From positions 868,001 to 932,000 of the forward strand of contig NC_088860.1 of the NCBI RefSeq assembly GCF_963853765.1: a stretch of 64,000 nucleotides of DNA, given 5' to 3'. How positions within the stretch are numbered: the first letter of the stretch is position 1; each line of letters begins with the position of its first letter. The position numbers were made by a program, and so were the translations under genes. Positions 1 to 13,200 of the stretch are shown in pieces. The stretch is from Magallana gigas. Its lineage: Eukaryota. The notes beneath the pieces are model-generated. The model saw only the letters and a program-made list of their open reading frames with translations. It had not been told where the DNA came from and did not search any database.

Positions 1-1990
1 ACTGCACTCCCCTCAAAGAACTGCCGGTATATCCCCTAGATATAACTGTACTCCCCTCAAAGAACTACCGGAATATACCCTAGCTATTACTGCACTCCCC
101 TCAAAGAACTGCCGGTATATCCCCTAGCTATTACTGTACTCCCCTCAAAGAACTGCCAGTATTTCCCCTAGCTTTTACTGCACTCCCCTCAAAAACTACC
201 GGAATATACCCTAGCTATTACTGCACTCCCCTCAAAGAACTGCCGGTATATCCCCTAGCTATTACTGCACTCCCCTCAAAGAACTACCGGTATATCCCCT
301 AGCTATTACTGTACTCCCCTCAAAGAACTACCGGTATATCCCCTAGCTTTTACTGCACTCCCCTCAAAGAACTGCCAGTATATCCCCTAGCTATTACTGC
401 ACTCCCCTCAAAGAACTGCCAGTATATCCCCTAGCTATTACTGCACTCCCCTCAAAGAACTGCCGGTATATCCCCTAGCTATTACTGCACTCCCCTCAAA
501 GAACTGCCAGTATTTCCCCTAGCTATTACTGCACTCCCCTCAAAGAACTGCCGGTATATCCCCTAGCTTTTACTGCACTCCCCTCAAAAACTACCGGAAT
601 ATACCCTAGCTATTACTGCACTCCCCTCAAAGAACTACCGGAATATACCCTAGCTATTACTGCACTCCCCTCAAAGAACTGCCGGTATATCCCCTAGATA
701 TAACTGTACTCCCCTCAAAGAACTACCGGAATATACCCTAGCTATTACTGCACTCCCCTCAAAGAACTGCCGGTATATCCCCTAGCTATTACTGTACTCC
801 CCTCAAAGAACTGCCAGTATTTCCCCTAGCTTTTACTGCACTCCCCTCAAAGAACTACCGGAATATACCCTAGCTATTACTGCACTCCCCTCAAAGAACT
901 GCCCGTATATCCCCTAGCTATTACTGCACTCCCCTCAAAGAACTACCGGTATATCCCCTAGCTATTACTGTACTCCCCTCAAAGAACTACCGGTATATCC
1001 CCTAGCTTTTACTGCACTCCCCTCAAAGAACTGCCGGTATATCCCCTAGCTATTACTGCACTCCCCTCAAAGAACTGCCAGTATATCCCCTAGCTATTAC
1101 TGCACTCCCCTCAAAGAACTGCCGGTATATCCCCTAGCTATTACTGCACTCCCCTCAAAGAACTGCCAGTATTTCCCCTAGCTATTACTGCACTCCCCTC
1201 AAAGAACTGCTGGTATATCCCCTAGCTATTACTGCACTCCCCTCAAAGAACTGCCGGTATATCCCCTAGCTTTTACTGCACTCCCCTCAAAAACTACCGG
1301 AATATACCCTAGCTATTACTGCACTCCCCTCAAAGAACTGCCGGTATATCCCCTAGCTATTACTGTACTCCCCTCAAAGAACTGCCAGTATTTCCCCTAG
1401 CTTTTACTGCACTCCCCTCAAAGAACTACCGGAATATACCCTAGCTATTACTGCACTCCCCTCAAAGAACTGCCCGTATATCCCCTAGCTATTACTGCAC
1501 TCCCCTCAAAGAACTGCCGGTATATCCCCTAGCTATTACTGTACTCCCCTCAAAGAACTACCGGTATATCCCCTAGCTATTACTGCACTCCCCTCAAAGA
1601 ACTGCCGGTATATCCCCTAGCTATTACTGCACTCCCCTCAAAGAACTACAGGTATATCCCCTAGCTATTACTGCACTCCCCTCAAAGAACTGCCGGTATA
1701 TCCCCTAGCTATTACTGCACTCCCCTCAAAGAACTGCCAGTATATCCCCTAGCTATTACTGCACTCCCCTCAAAGAACTGCCGGTATATCCCCAAGCTAT
1801 TACTGCACTCCCCTCAAAGAACTGCCAGTATATCCCCTAGCTTTTACTGCACTCCCCTCAAAGAACTACCGGAATATACCCTAGCTATTACTGCACTCCC
1901 CTCAAAGAACTGCCGGTATATCCCCTAGCTATTACTTTACTCCCCTCAAAGAACTACCGGTAAATCCCCTAGCTATTACTGCACTCCCCA
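1..1990. repeat. Minisatellite, 44-bp unit (ACTGCACTCCCCTCAAAGAACTGCCGGTATATCCCCTAGCTATT), about 45 copies, runs off the window start
   Basis: Head-to-tail units with point variants and no spacers; second unit starts at 45. Confidence 0.97.
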
Positions 1991-2151
1991 CCAAGCGGCA
2001 AGTCGTACCTTGAAGCATACTGCATACAGGGAAATATCAATCCCATTTTTTTCTGTGTCTATGCGAATTCAAGTTGGGCGAAACAATTTGTAAGCATAGA
2101 AGGGTGAAAATGACCATGCTTACATATCCTTAGCGTAGGCATATCTCTTAC

Positions 2152-3891
2152 CTATTGATGGATGCTCCAGCTGAGAGTAAGCATTCCACTGCAGCATAAC
2201 TGGAGTGAACAAAGGCATTCTGGACACAGATGTACAGTGGAGTCTGTCCCTCTTTGTCAGCCTGATTGATGTCCGCCCCTACAAGTCAGCAACCAATGAA
2301 ACCTACTGCTTGTAATTACATCATCACGAACCAATGAAACCTACTGCTTTTAATTACATTGTCACGAACCAGTGGAACCTACTGCTTTTAATTACATTGT
2401 CACGAACCAGTGGAACCTACTGCTTTTAATTACATTGTCACGAACCAGTGGAACTTACTGCTTATAATTACATCGTCATGAACCAATGAAACCTACTGCT
2501 TATAATTGCATTGTCACGAACAAGCGGAACTTACTGCTTTTAATTGCATTGTCATGAACCAGTGGAACTTACTGTTTTTAATTACATTGTCACGAACCAG
2601 TGGAACTTACTGCTTATAATTACATCGTCACGAACCAACGGAATTTACTGCTTACATGAACATCATCTAGCAAAAACTCTTATATCAAGCTGAAACCTTA
2701 AAATTCCTTTTAAAAGTGTACCATATAATATATACAATCACTTATAAATACCTGACATGCTTACCACTTAAATTACAAAAATGTAAAACTAGTTAGTCTA
2801 CAGATAATGGTTGTTTTACATTTCTCTACCGGCAAATAACAAATCATTTATACTTGATTTATAGTATTTGATACGGTATTTGATATAGTTTTGTGAACAT
2901 CTAATGTTGCAGCATTTTGCCATACCTGCTTTTAGAAGCATTTCTATGAGGACTGGTCGGCCATGAAACGCTGCCTTGTACAAAGGGGAGCAACTGTTTC
3001 TGTCCGTCAAATTAATGTCTGCTCCCGCCTTAATCAGAATCTGTGATAATCACAATGATGGAAGTCAGAAGTAGCAAAGTTACTGGCAAAGACACCGTGG
3101 AATTGTTCTCTCAAAAAAGAAAATCATCAATTTCATGATCAAAAGCATGAGTTGATGTTACCTGAAGTTGTATAGTAATTACTGTAAGTTAAAATCTGTT
3201 TCATATCATTAAGCAATTAATATAAAATATGTCTGTGTTGCTGTATCTAACAGGCTATCTCTGTGTTGCTGTATCACACAGCCTACTTGTGTTGCTGTAT
3301 CTAACAACCTACTCTTGTATTGCTGTATCACACAGCCTACCTCTCTGTTGCTGAAAAAACATCACCCACCTCTGTGTTGCTGTATAACACAGCCTACTTG
3401 TGTTGCTGTGTCTAACTGTAAACATCCTACCTTTGTGTTGCTGTATCACACAGCCTATCTCTGTGTTACTGTATCACACAGCCTACCTTTGTGTTGCTGT
3501 ATCACACAGCCTACCTCTCTGTTGCTGTAGCACACAGCCTATCCTATTTTATGTGTTGCTGTATCACACAGCCTACCTCTGTGTTGCTGTAGCACAAAGC
3601 CTACTTTATGTGATGCTGTATCACACAGCTTACCTCTGTGATCTCCACATGGTTTAGGGACACGGCAGCCAGTAAGGGGGTGGTGCTGTCCTTGACACTT
3701 GGGATCAGTGGGTTGCTCCAGGGGTAGTTGATGTCCGCCCCATGGCTTATGAACAGCTTGACTCCCTCTCTGTCGTTAGCCATGACCGCCAGGTGAAGGT
3801 CACGCTCCTTCTGAGGCATCTCCAGAGACTTGAGTGTTGGAATGTCATCGTCATAGTAACGAGTCGACTTGGAGGACTTGGAGTTGCCCAT
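2152..3891 (-). CDS. Ankyrin-repeat protein, 5' coding exons (3' end not resolved)
   Basis: Phase-compatible GT-AG exons complement(3634..3891, 2926..3040, 2152..2278). They give MGNSKSS...LHLAVMANDREGVKLFISHGADIN...TPLLAAVSLNHVEITEILIKAGADINLTDRNSCSPLYKAAFHGRPVLIEMLLKAGADINQADKEGQTPLYICV...LLSAGASINR, i.e. three to four canonical ankyrin repeats. Confidence 0.88.
2291..2652. repeat. Intronic minisatellite, about 38-bp unit, about 9 copies, abutting the acceptor at 2279-2280
   Basis: Unit ACGAACCAGTGGAACCTACTGCTTTTAATTACATTGTC repeated. Confidence 0.9.
3232..3640. repeat. Intronic minisatellite, about 28-bp unit, about 14 copies, containing the exon-end/donor of the ankyrin gene
   Basis: Unit GTGTTGCTGTATCACACAGCCTACCTCT. 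On the minus strand it reads CACAGAG|GTAGGC, matching the real junction CACAGAG|GTAAGC at 3634/3633. Confidence 0.88.
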
Positions 3892-6319
3892 TTTTCCAAC
3901 ACATAAAAATGGGTTCAACTTCCTGTATCCTGAAAAATTATATGCTGTCTTATACAAATTACAAAATTCAGTTTAAAGGGTGGCTGAATAACTACACAGC
4001 TCCTAAATTTTTTTTCACTCAGACAATCTAAACTGTAAGAATAACAATAAACTGTAACCTTTCACCGATTCCCACTCCCTCATAAATTTTTCTTACTTAC
4101 ATCAACCTATCACTACTGAAGCTCATCTCACAGTGTTTTCAATAAGATTTTGAATAAAAACAAATCAATAAAAAATAGTCATTACCAAATCTAGACGAAA
4201 TTTCTGGAGTCCCTCCAAAACGTTAACAAACGTAAACATTATTTTGCCCCTCAAGGAAACAAAGAATTATAAATTGTTTTTGTTCAAATACCCATGGGGC
4301 AGAGTTCTTGTTAACTTTTTTCTGCTGTCAGTCATTTGGACTGACTATCATCTGAAGTTTGTCAGTCCTGACAGATTTCTATCAGTCCAAAAATTTTCAA
4401 TAGAAAGATGACAAAACTATGTTTGAATTTTATTATCAGTTTAATCATACTTATCTTACAAGTCTTCCAATTTCTCTCATTTTACCTTAATCTGATTCCT
4501 CCTTTCGCATTCTGGCTCCTCACATTCACATTTCTATTTATCACTTCAAACATTAATTTTAATTTCCTTCCCTCTTTATCTAATTATCAACTTTCTTCTT
4601 TTTCTCTCTTTCTTTCTCATTTTCTTTTTGCACAGATCATGCCACAGGGGCTCAATTGTTGGATACTGGAGTTTTTAATATTTGTTCCCGAAGACATAAA
4701 TGATTAATACTGTTATTCTTGTATTTCTGTGTACTGCAATAAAACCATTCACTGAAAACCTGTTTCAATCACGGCAAAAAGTGTAATATTCAATGTACAT
4801 AAAAAATGTAGAGAGATGACACTCACCATCTTGGATTTAAAGGGGCTCTCGGTTCATGCTATGTTTCAAACAAGTTTTCAAATTTCTCCAAGTGATTTCT
4901 GACGAGATCTAGGTTGTAAAATGATCGAAAGACTTATTCCTATCATCTGACTACAGGTACATTAGCCAAATTATAAATGCAACGTGTCAATATGTACTAA
5001 ATTATATCCAAATTTATTGAAAGCATCGGAAGTCTGCATTTAAGTGTCATAAATTCTATATAATAATTACTGATATGTTCTGAAAACGTATGACCAGTTT
5101 AGAAAGAGGCAAAATTTAGCAAAAACTTGTATGCATTCCGATCTCCTCAGTGATTACCAGAAGAGTTTGCATCAACTTTGTTACTTTTGCATGAAATTTA
5201 GTTGTACATGTATTTTTGCAAGTTCCTTGTCAACCTCTACCGGTCATTTGGACTGACAGGTAACCTCAAGTAATTGCTCCATGGTTATTTTTATTAGTCT
5301 TGCTGACATGACTAAAAGATTTCAAGAACTCTGCGGGGAAAAATTCAGCAGTAGACCGAGTAGGTTATCTAGCTGTGTGCTCGAGTCCGTTCGCCTTAGG
5401 TCCGTTCACTCTAATTATTGTTCACCCTAATTATCATTCATTCTAATTATCGTTCGCCCTAAACCTTGTTCGCTCCTTGTTGTTGCTAAACCATATCATT
5501 TTATGAAATTATCTTTATTTCTTTTTATTTTAACCTTTTAAATGGTATAATGTTTTTACTTTTATGAATTGCTTGTACATTTTATAATTTTATTTCTTGA
5601 AAAAAACATAATTGGTCTTATTGCTAGATTTAAAGCCGTAAGTTATAGAAAACTGTCTTGATGTATTGTAAATGATTTTGTGGTGTTTTAAACAATTACA
5701 GAAACTGAGACATTAATTGGTCCATATATAAGAAGGTAGACAGCCGATGAGAAGCTATTCTATCTTTGAAGAATTTATATACCCCCGCACAATATCTTTA
5801 ATCTCTAAATGAGATATATACATAGATGGAACATAGTACTGTATCAAAGTACTGTCAGTCATAAATAAATAATTAATTCACAGCGGCAAAAATCTATTGT
5901 ATCGTCATCAGGTCAGTCCATCGGTTATCATTAACTAAAGGTGTTAAATAGTAATTTTTTTTTTTATAATTATAAACCTTTTCATGATTTTAAAAATGAT
6001 CATTGTAAAAATTATGAAGAGGTTTGTAATTACACAAATATTAAAATATACAAATACATCTACTTTTCTGTACTATTGAAATAACTAAAGGTGAACGGAC
6101 CTTATAGGACGAAAGAAATCAAAGTGAAGAACCTAGGGCAAACAGAAACGAGGGCGAACGGCAAAGAGGGGCTGAATTGACTGGAAAGAATTGATAAGCG
6201 GAAGTTGTCCACCACCCAACAGTAACAACGTGCTTTCAGTTTAACAAACAAATCACTGATCACTTCTTTTAACACCACACCAAAGACAGACATAGAATTG
6301 ATTATCAGTTATCTATTAG

Positions 6320-6662
6320 AGTAATCTCAGCGAGATTCGTCGAGACTGAAAATTTTTTGACGGACGTCTCTTCCGAATCTCAGACCAGTGCCACACAAAG
6401 TGATTCGGGAAAATTTGCACCAACTTCGGCCGGTTGTTATGTTGAAATACGCTGAATTAAATCATCTGCTCGCTTCAACTTCTTTCTTTGAACATCCCTT
6501 TAACTCCCTATCAACATAAAATGTTAGGTTCCTACCGTTAAAAGATTTATATCCCACAAAATATGAACTTGTTTATTTTTCAATTCATTTCCACACTCAT
6601 TCACATCGGAAGAGACGTCCGTCAAAAAATTTTCAGTCTCGACGAATCTCGCTGAGATTACT
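6320..6662. mobile_element. MITE, 343 bp, perfect 57-bp TIRs, 5-bp TSD ATTAG
   Basis: AGTAATCTCAGCGAGATTCGTCGAGACTG... at 6320 and its exact reverse complement ending at 6662; ATTAG at 6315-6319 and 6663-6667. Confidence 0.9.
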
Positions 6663-7070
6663 ATTAGAGTTAAAGAGTTATCCTACATCAATTTACTATA
6701 CTATGTCGTTATTTGTAGTTAATGACAAAATGTACATCCACGGAACAAAAAATCGTTTAATTCTCAACTGTGTCAACAATAACAACATGCGGAGACTGAC
6801 AGACAAAATCGTCTGACCATATTTCAGCAACTACTAAGGCTCACTGGAATCAATTTACCTCTGCGTGGGGTTTTCACATATTCGTCTGATGGTCGTCGAT
6901 TTGCCAGTGTTAAGATTTTCTCGTACCTATTCCAAACACGATAAATAAATAAAAAGAAAAGAGATAATTATGCTAAATTCTATATATTCGCACTGTCTGT
7001 GGCATTCCCCGGATGTAAATTTTAAAACCAATGACTTTGTTATTTCCGGAAAGAACTCGTTTTAGCTTAC

Positions 7071-7249
7071 CTGGATACGTAACGTTATATCACGGCAGCA
7101 AAACACCAAGTTAAAACTTTATTTTACGAAATGATAGGACTTTTCATATAAAATAATGAAACTTAATTTATTAAAATACTCTTTTTCAAGTAATTACGAA
7201 TAAACGTACGCACAAGATACCTTGCACCTGTTGCACCCAAGAGAGAGAT
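7071..7249. promoter_or_regulatory. Putative bidirectional promoter / 5' UTR region shared by CDC23 and the ankyrin gene
   Basis: CpG-richer patch. A strong minus-strand donor CCAG|GTAAGC lies at 7071/7070, and the CDC23 ATG lies at 7250 on the plus strand. TSS positions are inferred only. Confidence 0.5.
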
Positions 7250-10200
7250 ATGGCGGATATTTCAAGTCTCTTTAAAACTTTCACACCCTCACTTTCTTCG
7301 ATAAAAGCAGATCTTTTAAGAGCCAATCGTGAATGTTCGCAAAGGAAATTATTTCACAGTTCTAAATGGTTTGTATCTATCTGATTTCTTGATTTTATTC
7401 ATGAATGACTTTATATTACAGTTGGAATTTCCTCTAAATTATTCACCATTGCTTTTAAATATTGTGTTGGGATCTCAAGACTATTAAATGAAAAAAAAAA
7501 TAATAGTTGCATGCAAGAAAATTAATTAAATGTCAGTAAGTTCAGGATTACACTGCATTAGATCACAGGGGCATCGTATCCGCTCTACACTCTATGACAT
7601 ATATTATTATATATATGTCATAGAGTGTAGAGCGGATACGATGCCCCTGTGATTAGATACTGTGTATTATTGATTACCGCAAGGTCTTGTGAATAGTAAA
7701 AGTACACACTTTTTTCAGCCAAAACTTGATCAAAGGAGGGGAATGCGAATTGTACATCATTGTATCAAGCCATGGTCCAGAGTCTGCAAAGCTCTCTCCT
7801 ACCTTTGGCTGTTTGAACTAATAATGTGGCTGAAAATTCATTAGTCATCTGTTACGTCACATTTTAACCTGTTTTAATTCTACACATAGAACACTGTAGT
7901 CACATTAACAGTAAACAACATATTTCATTTAAACTGTGATTGGATGATCAAAGGTCTTATTAAAGATCAATATTTGACTATGCTATATAGCCACTAATTT
8001 TTTAAAACTTAATCATTTGTTAATAGTGATAATATTGAATTTAGTATCAAAAGTTTTTAAACAACATCTATGTAAACAAAACATGCCACTTTATTACTGT
8101 TTCAATATCAATTATAATATGTTATACAGTGCTACCGTTGTGGCAAGTGCAGCAAGAATTACACATACCTTGCATCATTGTCAACTTACTGATATTTTGA
8201 CAGTTATCAACTAACATAAAAAAAAATTTGAGAAAGAGAGGGAGAGAATGAGAATCGTATAATGTTTCCAAGTTTAAAAAAAAATTCTTACAAAATACAT
8301 AGACTTGATCCCCCTAAAACTCTTCTTTACTATTGGAGAGAATTGATCAGTCTGTAAAATGTAATTTTGTGTTTAATTTGATCAAAAATGTAAACGATAA
8401 ATACAAGTATTATTTTTCTTTTGCACCTTGTTTTTATCTGACTTTTACTTTTTTTTTTCCTGGTTCATTTTTTTTTTGTGATTTGTTTATTTTTGCTTTC
8501 TAATGATATACCTTGTATCTGTGCCCCTGTTTGTAGCTGTTTGTAGGTGTGTTTAATTTCCCCATATTCAAATTTAAGGGTTTTACAATATGCAATATCC
8601 ACATAGATTTTTTAACTGCTTATTTTTTCTCTTTATTCTTTTTTATTTACCGTAGTTCAAAATGAATTTTTTTTAATTCCCTCCCTACTTATACGCATGT
8701 ACATGCATGCAAAAATAGCTTAAAGTATGGATCTTGCTTGTATATACCGGTATATAATCTATCAAAAAATAAAAAGCAAATCATCTGAGGCAGGTATTAC
8801 AGTCTAAACTGAAATATGATTTAATGAATATGATATATTTTGTCTCGTGCAGGGCGGCTGAATTACTATACTCCATTGAAGCACCGGTGGATTACAAACA
8901 AATCTTGACAGTGCAGGAGAGACCGGTATGAAAATCACAATTATAAAATAAAATTAACAGTTATGACTTCCTTGTTAATTAGCTGTAGGTCTGTAGCTCC
9001 CGGTCTGAAAAATACGGATTGTAGATCTGGTTGTTTATCCAAATTGTTTTCAGCCTGGGAGCTACAGACTTGCAGCTTATTGTTTATGCAATAATGTACT
9101 TTGTTTTCTATGTACAAAATTGTTCAGTGTTACACATGTTATATTTTTTGCAAAGTTATGTGTGTTTTTGTTTAGTTTTATTTTATACTTTTGAATTGTC
9201 ATCTTCATCAACAGATTGTAGAATTGAGACATTTAAAAAGATTCTATTTATATTATAAATGTATATATAGTTATTTATATAAATTATAACTACAGTTGCA
9301 TGATAATTTCTGCCTCATTTTGGGTAACCACAGTTGTGGTTAAAGGGAATTGCAGTTTTAACTGGTCCCTGTCAATGAGGATGTATGAAGCAAACATTTA
9401 ACTGGTCCCTGTTAATGAGGATGTATGGAGCAAACATTTAACTGGTCCCTGTCAATGAGGGTGTATGGAGCAAACATTTAACTGGTCCCTGTCAATGAGG
9501 ATGTATGGAGCAAACATTTAACTGGTTCCTGTCAATGAGGATGTATGGAGCAAACATTTAACTGGTCCCTGTCAATGAGGGTGTATGGAGCAAACATTTA
9601 ACTGGTCCCTGTCAATGAGGATGTATGGAGCAAACATTTAACTGGTCCCTGTTAATGAGGATGTATGGAGCAAACATTTAACTGGTCCCTGTCAATGAGG
9701 GTGTATGGAGCAAACATTTAACTGGTCCCTGTCAATGAGGATGTATGGAGCAAACATTTAACTGGTTCCTGTCAATGAGGATGTATGGAGCAAACATTTA
9801 ACTGGTCCCTGTCAATGAGGGTGTATGGAGCAAACATTTAACTGGTCCCTGTCAATGAGGATGTATGGAGCAAACATTTAACTGGTCCCTGTCAATGAGG
9901 ATGTATGGAGCAAACATTTAACTGGTCCCTGTCAATGAGGATGTATGGAGCAAACATTTAACTGGTCCCTGTCAATGAGGATGTATGGAGCAAACATTTA
10001 ACTGGTCCCTGTCAATGAGGATGTATGGAGCAAACATTTAACTGGTCCCTGTCAATGAGGATGTATGGAGCAAACATTTAACTGGTCCCTGTCAATGAGG
10101 GTGTATGGAGCAAACATTTAACTGGTCCCTGTGAGTGAGGATGTATGGAGCAAACATTTAACTGGTCCCTGTCAATGAGGGTGTATGGAGCAAACATTTA

Positions 10201-13200
10201 ACTGGTCCCTGTCAATGAGGGTGTATGGAGCAAACATTTAACTGGTCCCTGTCAATGAGGATGTATGGACCAAACATTTAACTGGTCCCTGTCAATGAGG
10301 GTGTATGGACCAAACATTTAACTGGTCCCTGTCAATGAGGGTGTATGGAGCAAACATTTAACTGGTCCCTGTCAATGAGGGTGTATGGAGCAAACATTTA
10401 ACTGGTCCCTGTCAATGAGGATGTATGGAGCAAACATTTAACTGGTCCCTGTCAATGAGGATGTATGGAGCAAACATTTAACTGGTCCCTGTCAATGAGG
10501 ATGTATGGAGCAAACATTTAACTGGTCCCTGTCAATGAGGATGTATGGAGCAAACATTTAACTGGTCCCTGTCAATGAGGATGTATGGAGCAAACATTTA
10601 ACTGGTCCCTGTCAATGAGGATGTATGGAGCAAACATTTAACTGGTCCCTGTCAATGAGGATGTATGGAGCAAACATTTAACTGGTCCCTGTCAATGAGG
10701 ATGTATGGAGCAAACATATAACTGGTCCCTGTCAATGAGGATGTATGGAGCAAACATTTAACTGGTCCCTGTCAATGAGGATGTATGGAGCAAACATTTA
10801 ACTGGTCCCTGTCAATGAGGGTGTATGGAGCAAACATTTAACTGGTCCCTGTCAATGAGGGTGTATGGAGCAAACATTTAACTGGTCCCTGTCAATGAGG
10901 ATGTATGGAGCAAACATTTAACTGGTCCCTGTCAATGAGGGTGTATGGAGCAAACATTTCCCTGCACACTTTTTACCAGATATATTTCAGACTTAGTCAA
11001 ATCTCTATATTGTTTGCATTCTTTATCATTTTGTCAAGATACATTTGATAAAATGGGATATTAATTGATGAATGATTTTTCTCAGGACTTTGTTGAGGAG
11101 TATGACAAGTTTTGCCTGGCTTCCAGTTTCTTTGATCTGAAGGAGTATGACAGGGCAGCCTTCTTTGTCCAAGACTGTAAGAACAAAAAAGCATACTTTC
11201 TTCACATGTATGGCAGGTACCTGGCTGATGAAAAGAGGAAACTGGACAATGCTCCGGATTCAATCGGTAAAGTTGTCAGTCAGTGGTTTTGTTAAGGTGG
11301 CTCTATACACCCACAGTTTATTCCAATTTTTTAATAGAAGACCACAAAACATATACTTCTCAAATATTAAAATGATGAAAGGGATACTATAGGTATTTTT
11401 AAAGAATTTTCAAATGTTTTTTCGTGTTTTTATAAAATAATTTTTAAAAGTTAACTATTAACAAATTGAGAGAATTTTTTTTGTCATATGATGGATATTT
11501 CCTTCGGACACCTAAAAATAAATATAATACTTCTTAACATTCAAAAATTTTATTATTGCAATTTTTTTTTAGTATTTCCCCAAAACATAATTTTTCACAT
11601 TTTCTTACTCTGTTGACAAATCATCTAAAAAAGCTGCTTGATGTTATAAGAAAATGTATTTTAATAACTGTGACATAAAAAGTTAGATTAAAAATCATAG
11701 CAAATAAGCACAAAATATATTTTAAATTTCATTTGGTATGAAAGTTCCTCAGATAAGAGTTAATGTTCCTAAGTCCCAAGGCCCAAACATCTTGGGGACT
11801 TTTCATTTCATTTCATCTGTCAATATTAATGTGGATTAAAGTATATTATAATTAAAATAATTTCACCGGTTTAGAATTTTCTTTCACAGTATTCAACCCA
11901 AAAATATGTTTTAGAAAAGTTTGGAAAAGTTAAAAATATATATTATTGTCCTCAACGGGATTCTAACTCATGACCTACAGATTTGTAGTGAACCCACTAA
12001 CCCACTGAGCTACGCTGTAAGGTATCAAAAATCGGAAAGAAACTATTTAAAAAATTATACTTGATTTTATTATTTTTACGATAAATAATATGACACAACA
12101 TGAAGGTGTCACATTACTTGTAAGTAATGATTTTTCCAATAAACAAATTAAATCTAAGACTATTCATTTAACAAATTTTTCAAAAGAGCGGTCCCCATAC
12201 AATTTGCCTCAGTTTAAATCAGCCAGTACCGGAATTGCATGCTTGCAGATTTACTTTTTTGCGTACTGCGTCATCAAAAAGTGGTGTATAGAGCCACCTT
12301 AACAGTCATAAATTGAAATGATAGATTTGCCTATGTTTCTGTGATTTTATTGAAATTAGCAGTTTTCTGTCAAAGCTGTATTTTACAGGTTATGAACATC
12401 AAATGAATGTTCCTTTCTTTCAAGGTCCTCCAGACAAATTAGAGAATGAACACCTTAAAACTCTGAAAACAGAGCTAGCCAAGAAGTATGCCATCAAGGA
12501 ACTGGATGGATTCTGCATCTATCTGTAAGTTAGTAGCAGTTTATACTTGTAGGTAAAAGTATTAAAGGGGCATGGTCACTACTTTTGTCAAATTTCATTT
12601 TTCACTTTTTAAGGTGAGGTTTGCGGCTTGCATCTTTTAGGAATAGTACCAAAGTTATATACCATTTTGTTAAGTGTACTAAAGCCTTTTTTTCTTATAA
12701 AATTCAAATGATTTTGCCAGACCCACTTTATAGCTACAAAAGGTCAAAGTTCATGATTTCAAACTGTCAGGTTGATGAAATGTAAATACTGGTAGTTTCA
12801 TGAAAAATGTACATTTTATATGCAACAAATATGGGGGTTATTTATGCTGAAAATGTTTGAAAATAATGTTTCATATCATGATTGATTTTTCGTAATTTCC
12901 AATGAAGTATTTAAGGCCAAAAACAAAAAATATGTGTGTTTCCTATTTCATCAGATTTTAAAATAGGGTAGGTAGGTCGGCTGTTTTTTTTTTGTTTTTT
13001 TTTTAATGAGCTTTTAAGTTTTCCCCTTTCCTAGCATATGATTTTTCTATACAATAAGAAAATGTATTTTACAGGTGGAGCAATCGTGGATAGTGACAAC
13101 TGCTTTCTTAAATCTAAGGTTAATTTGGAATGTATACGAAGACTTTATTTTCCTGTAAATAGAAAATATAAATATGACAGCCACTATGAATTAACAAAGT

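Noticed and set aside
1-1990. CRISPR-like regular repeats (also 9357-10958 and the other arrays)
   Set aside because: Units are head-to-tail with no unique spacers, there are no cas genes, and the DNA is spliceosomal-intron eukaryotic.
2009-2070. Next coding exon of the ankyrin gene ending at the donor-like site at 2008
   Set aside because: In the phase required by the previous exon the candidate hits a stop after 7 codons; it may be a homopolymer error or not an exon, so it was left out.
3315-3657. Cys-rich ORFs (also 24391-24636, 30126-30425, 36935-37123, 53607-53795, 61945-62133)
   Set aside because: Translations of minisatellite, microsatellite or low-complexity DNA.
4330-6190. Further transposon fragments (TTAAAGGGGC start near 4838; GTTCGCC-rich ends at about 5380 and 6180)
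   Set aside because: Termini are too degenerate and no TSD was found, so boundaries cannot be supported.
10997-11392. Short ORFs overlapping real exons in other frames or strands (e.g. 10997-11263, 21058-21327, 26192-26413, 31640-31855 and their duplicates)
   Set aside because: Shadows of CDC23 or cGLR exons; their recurrence is explained by the segmental duplication.
11955-12020. tRNA genes (also 33240-33310)
   Set aside because: Only A/B-box-like remnants inside TIR elements; I could not fold a complete cloverleaf.
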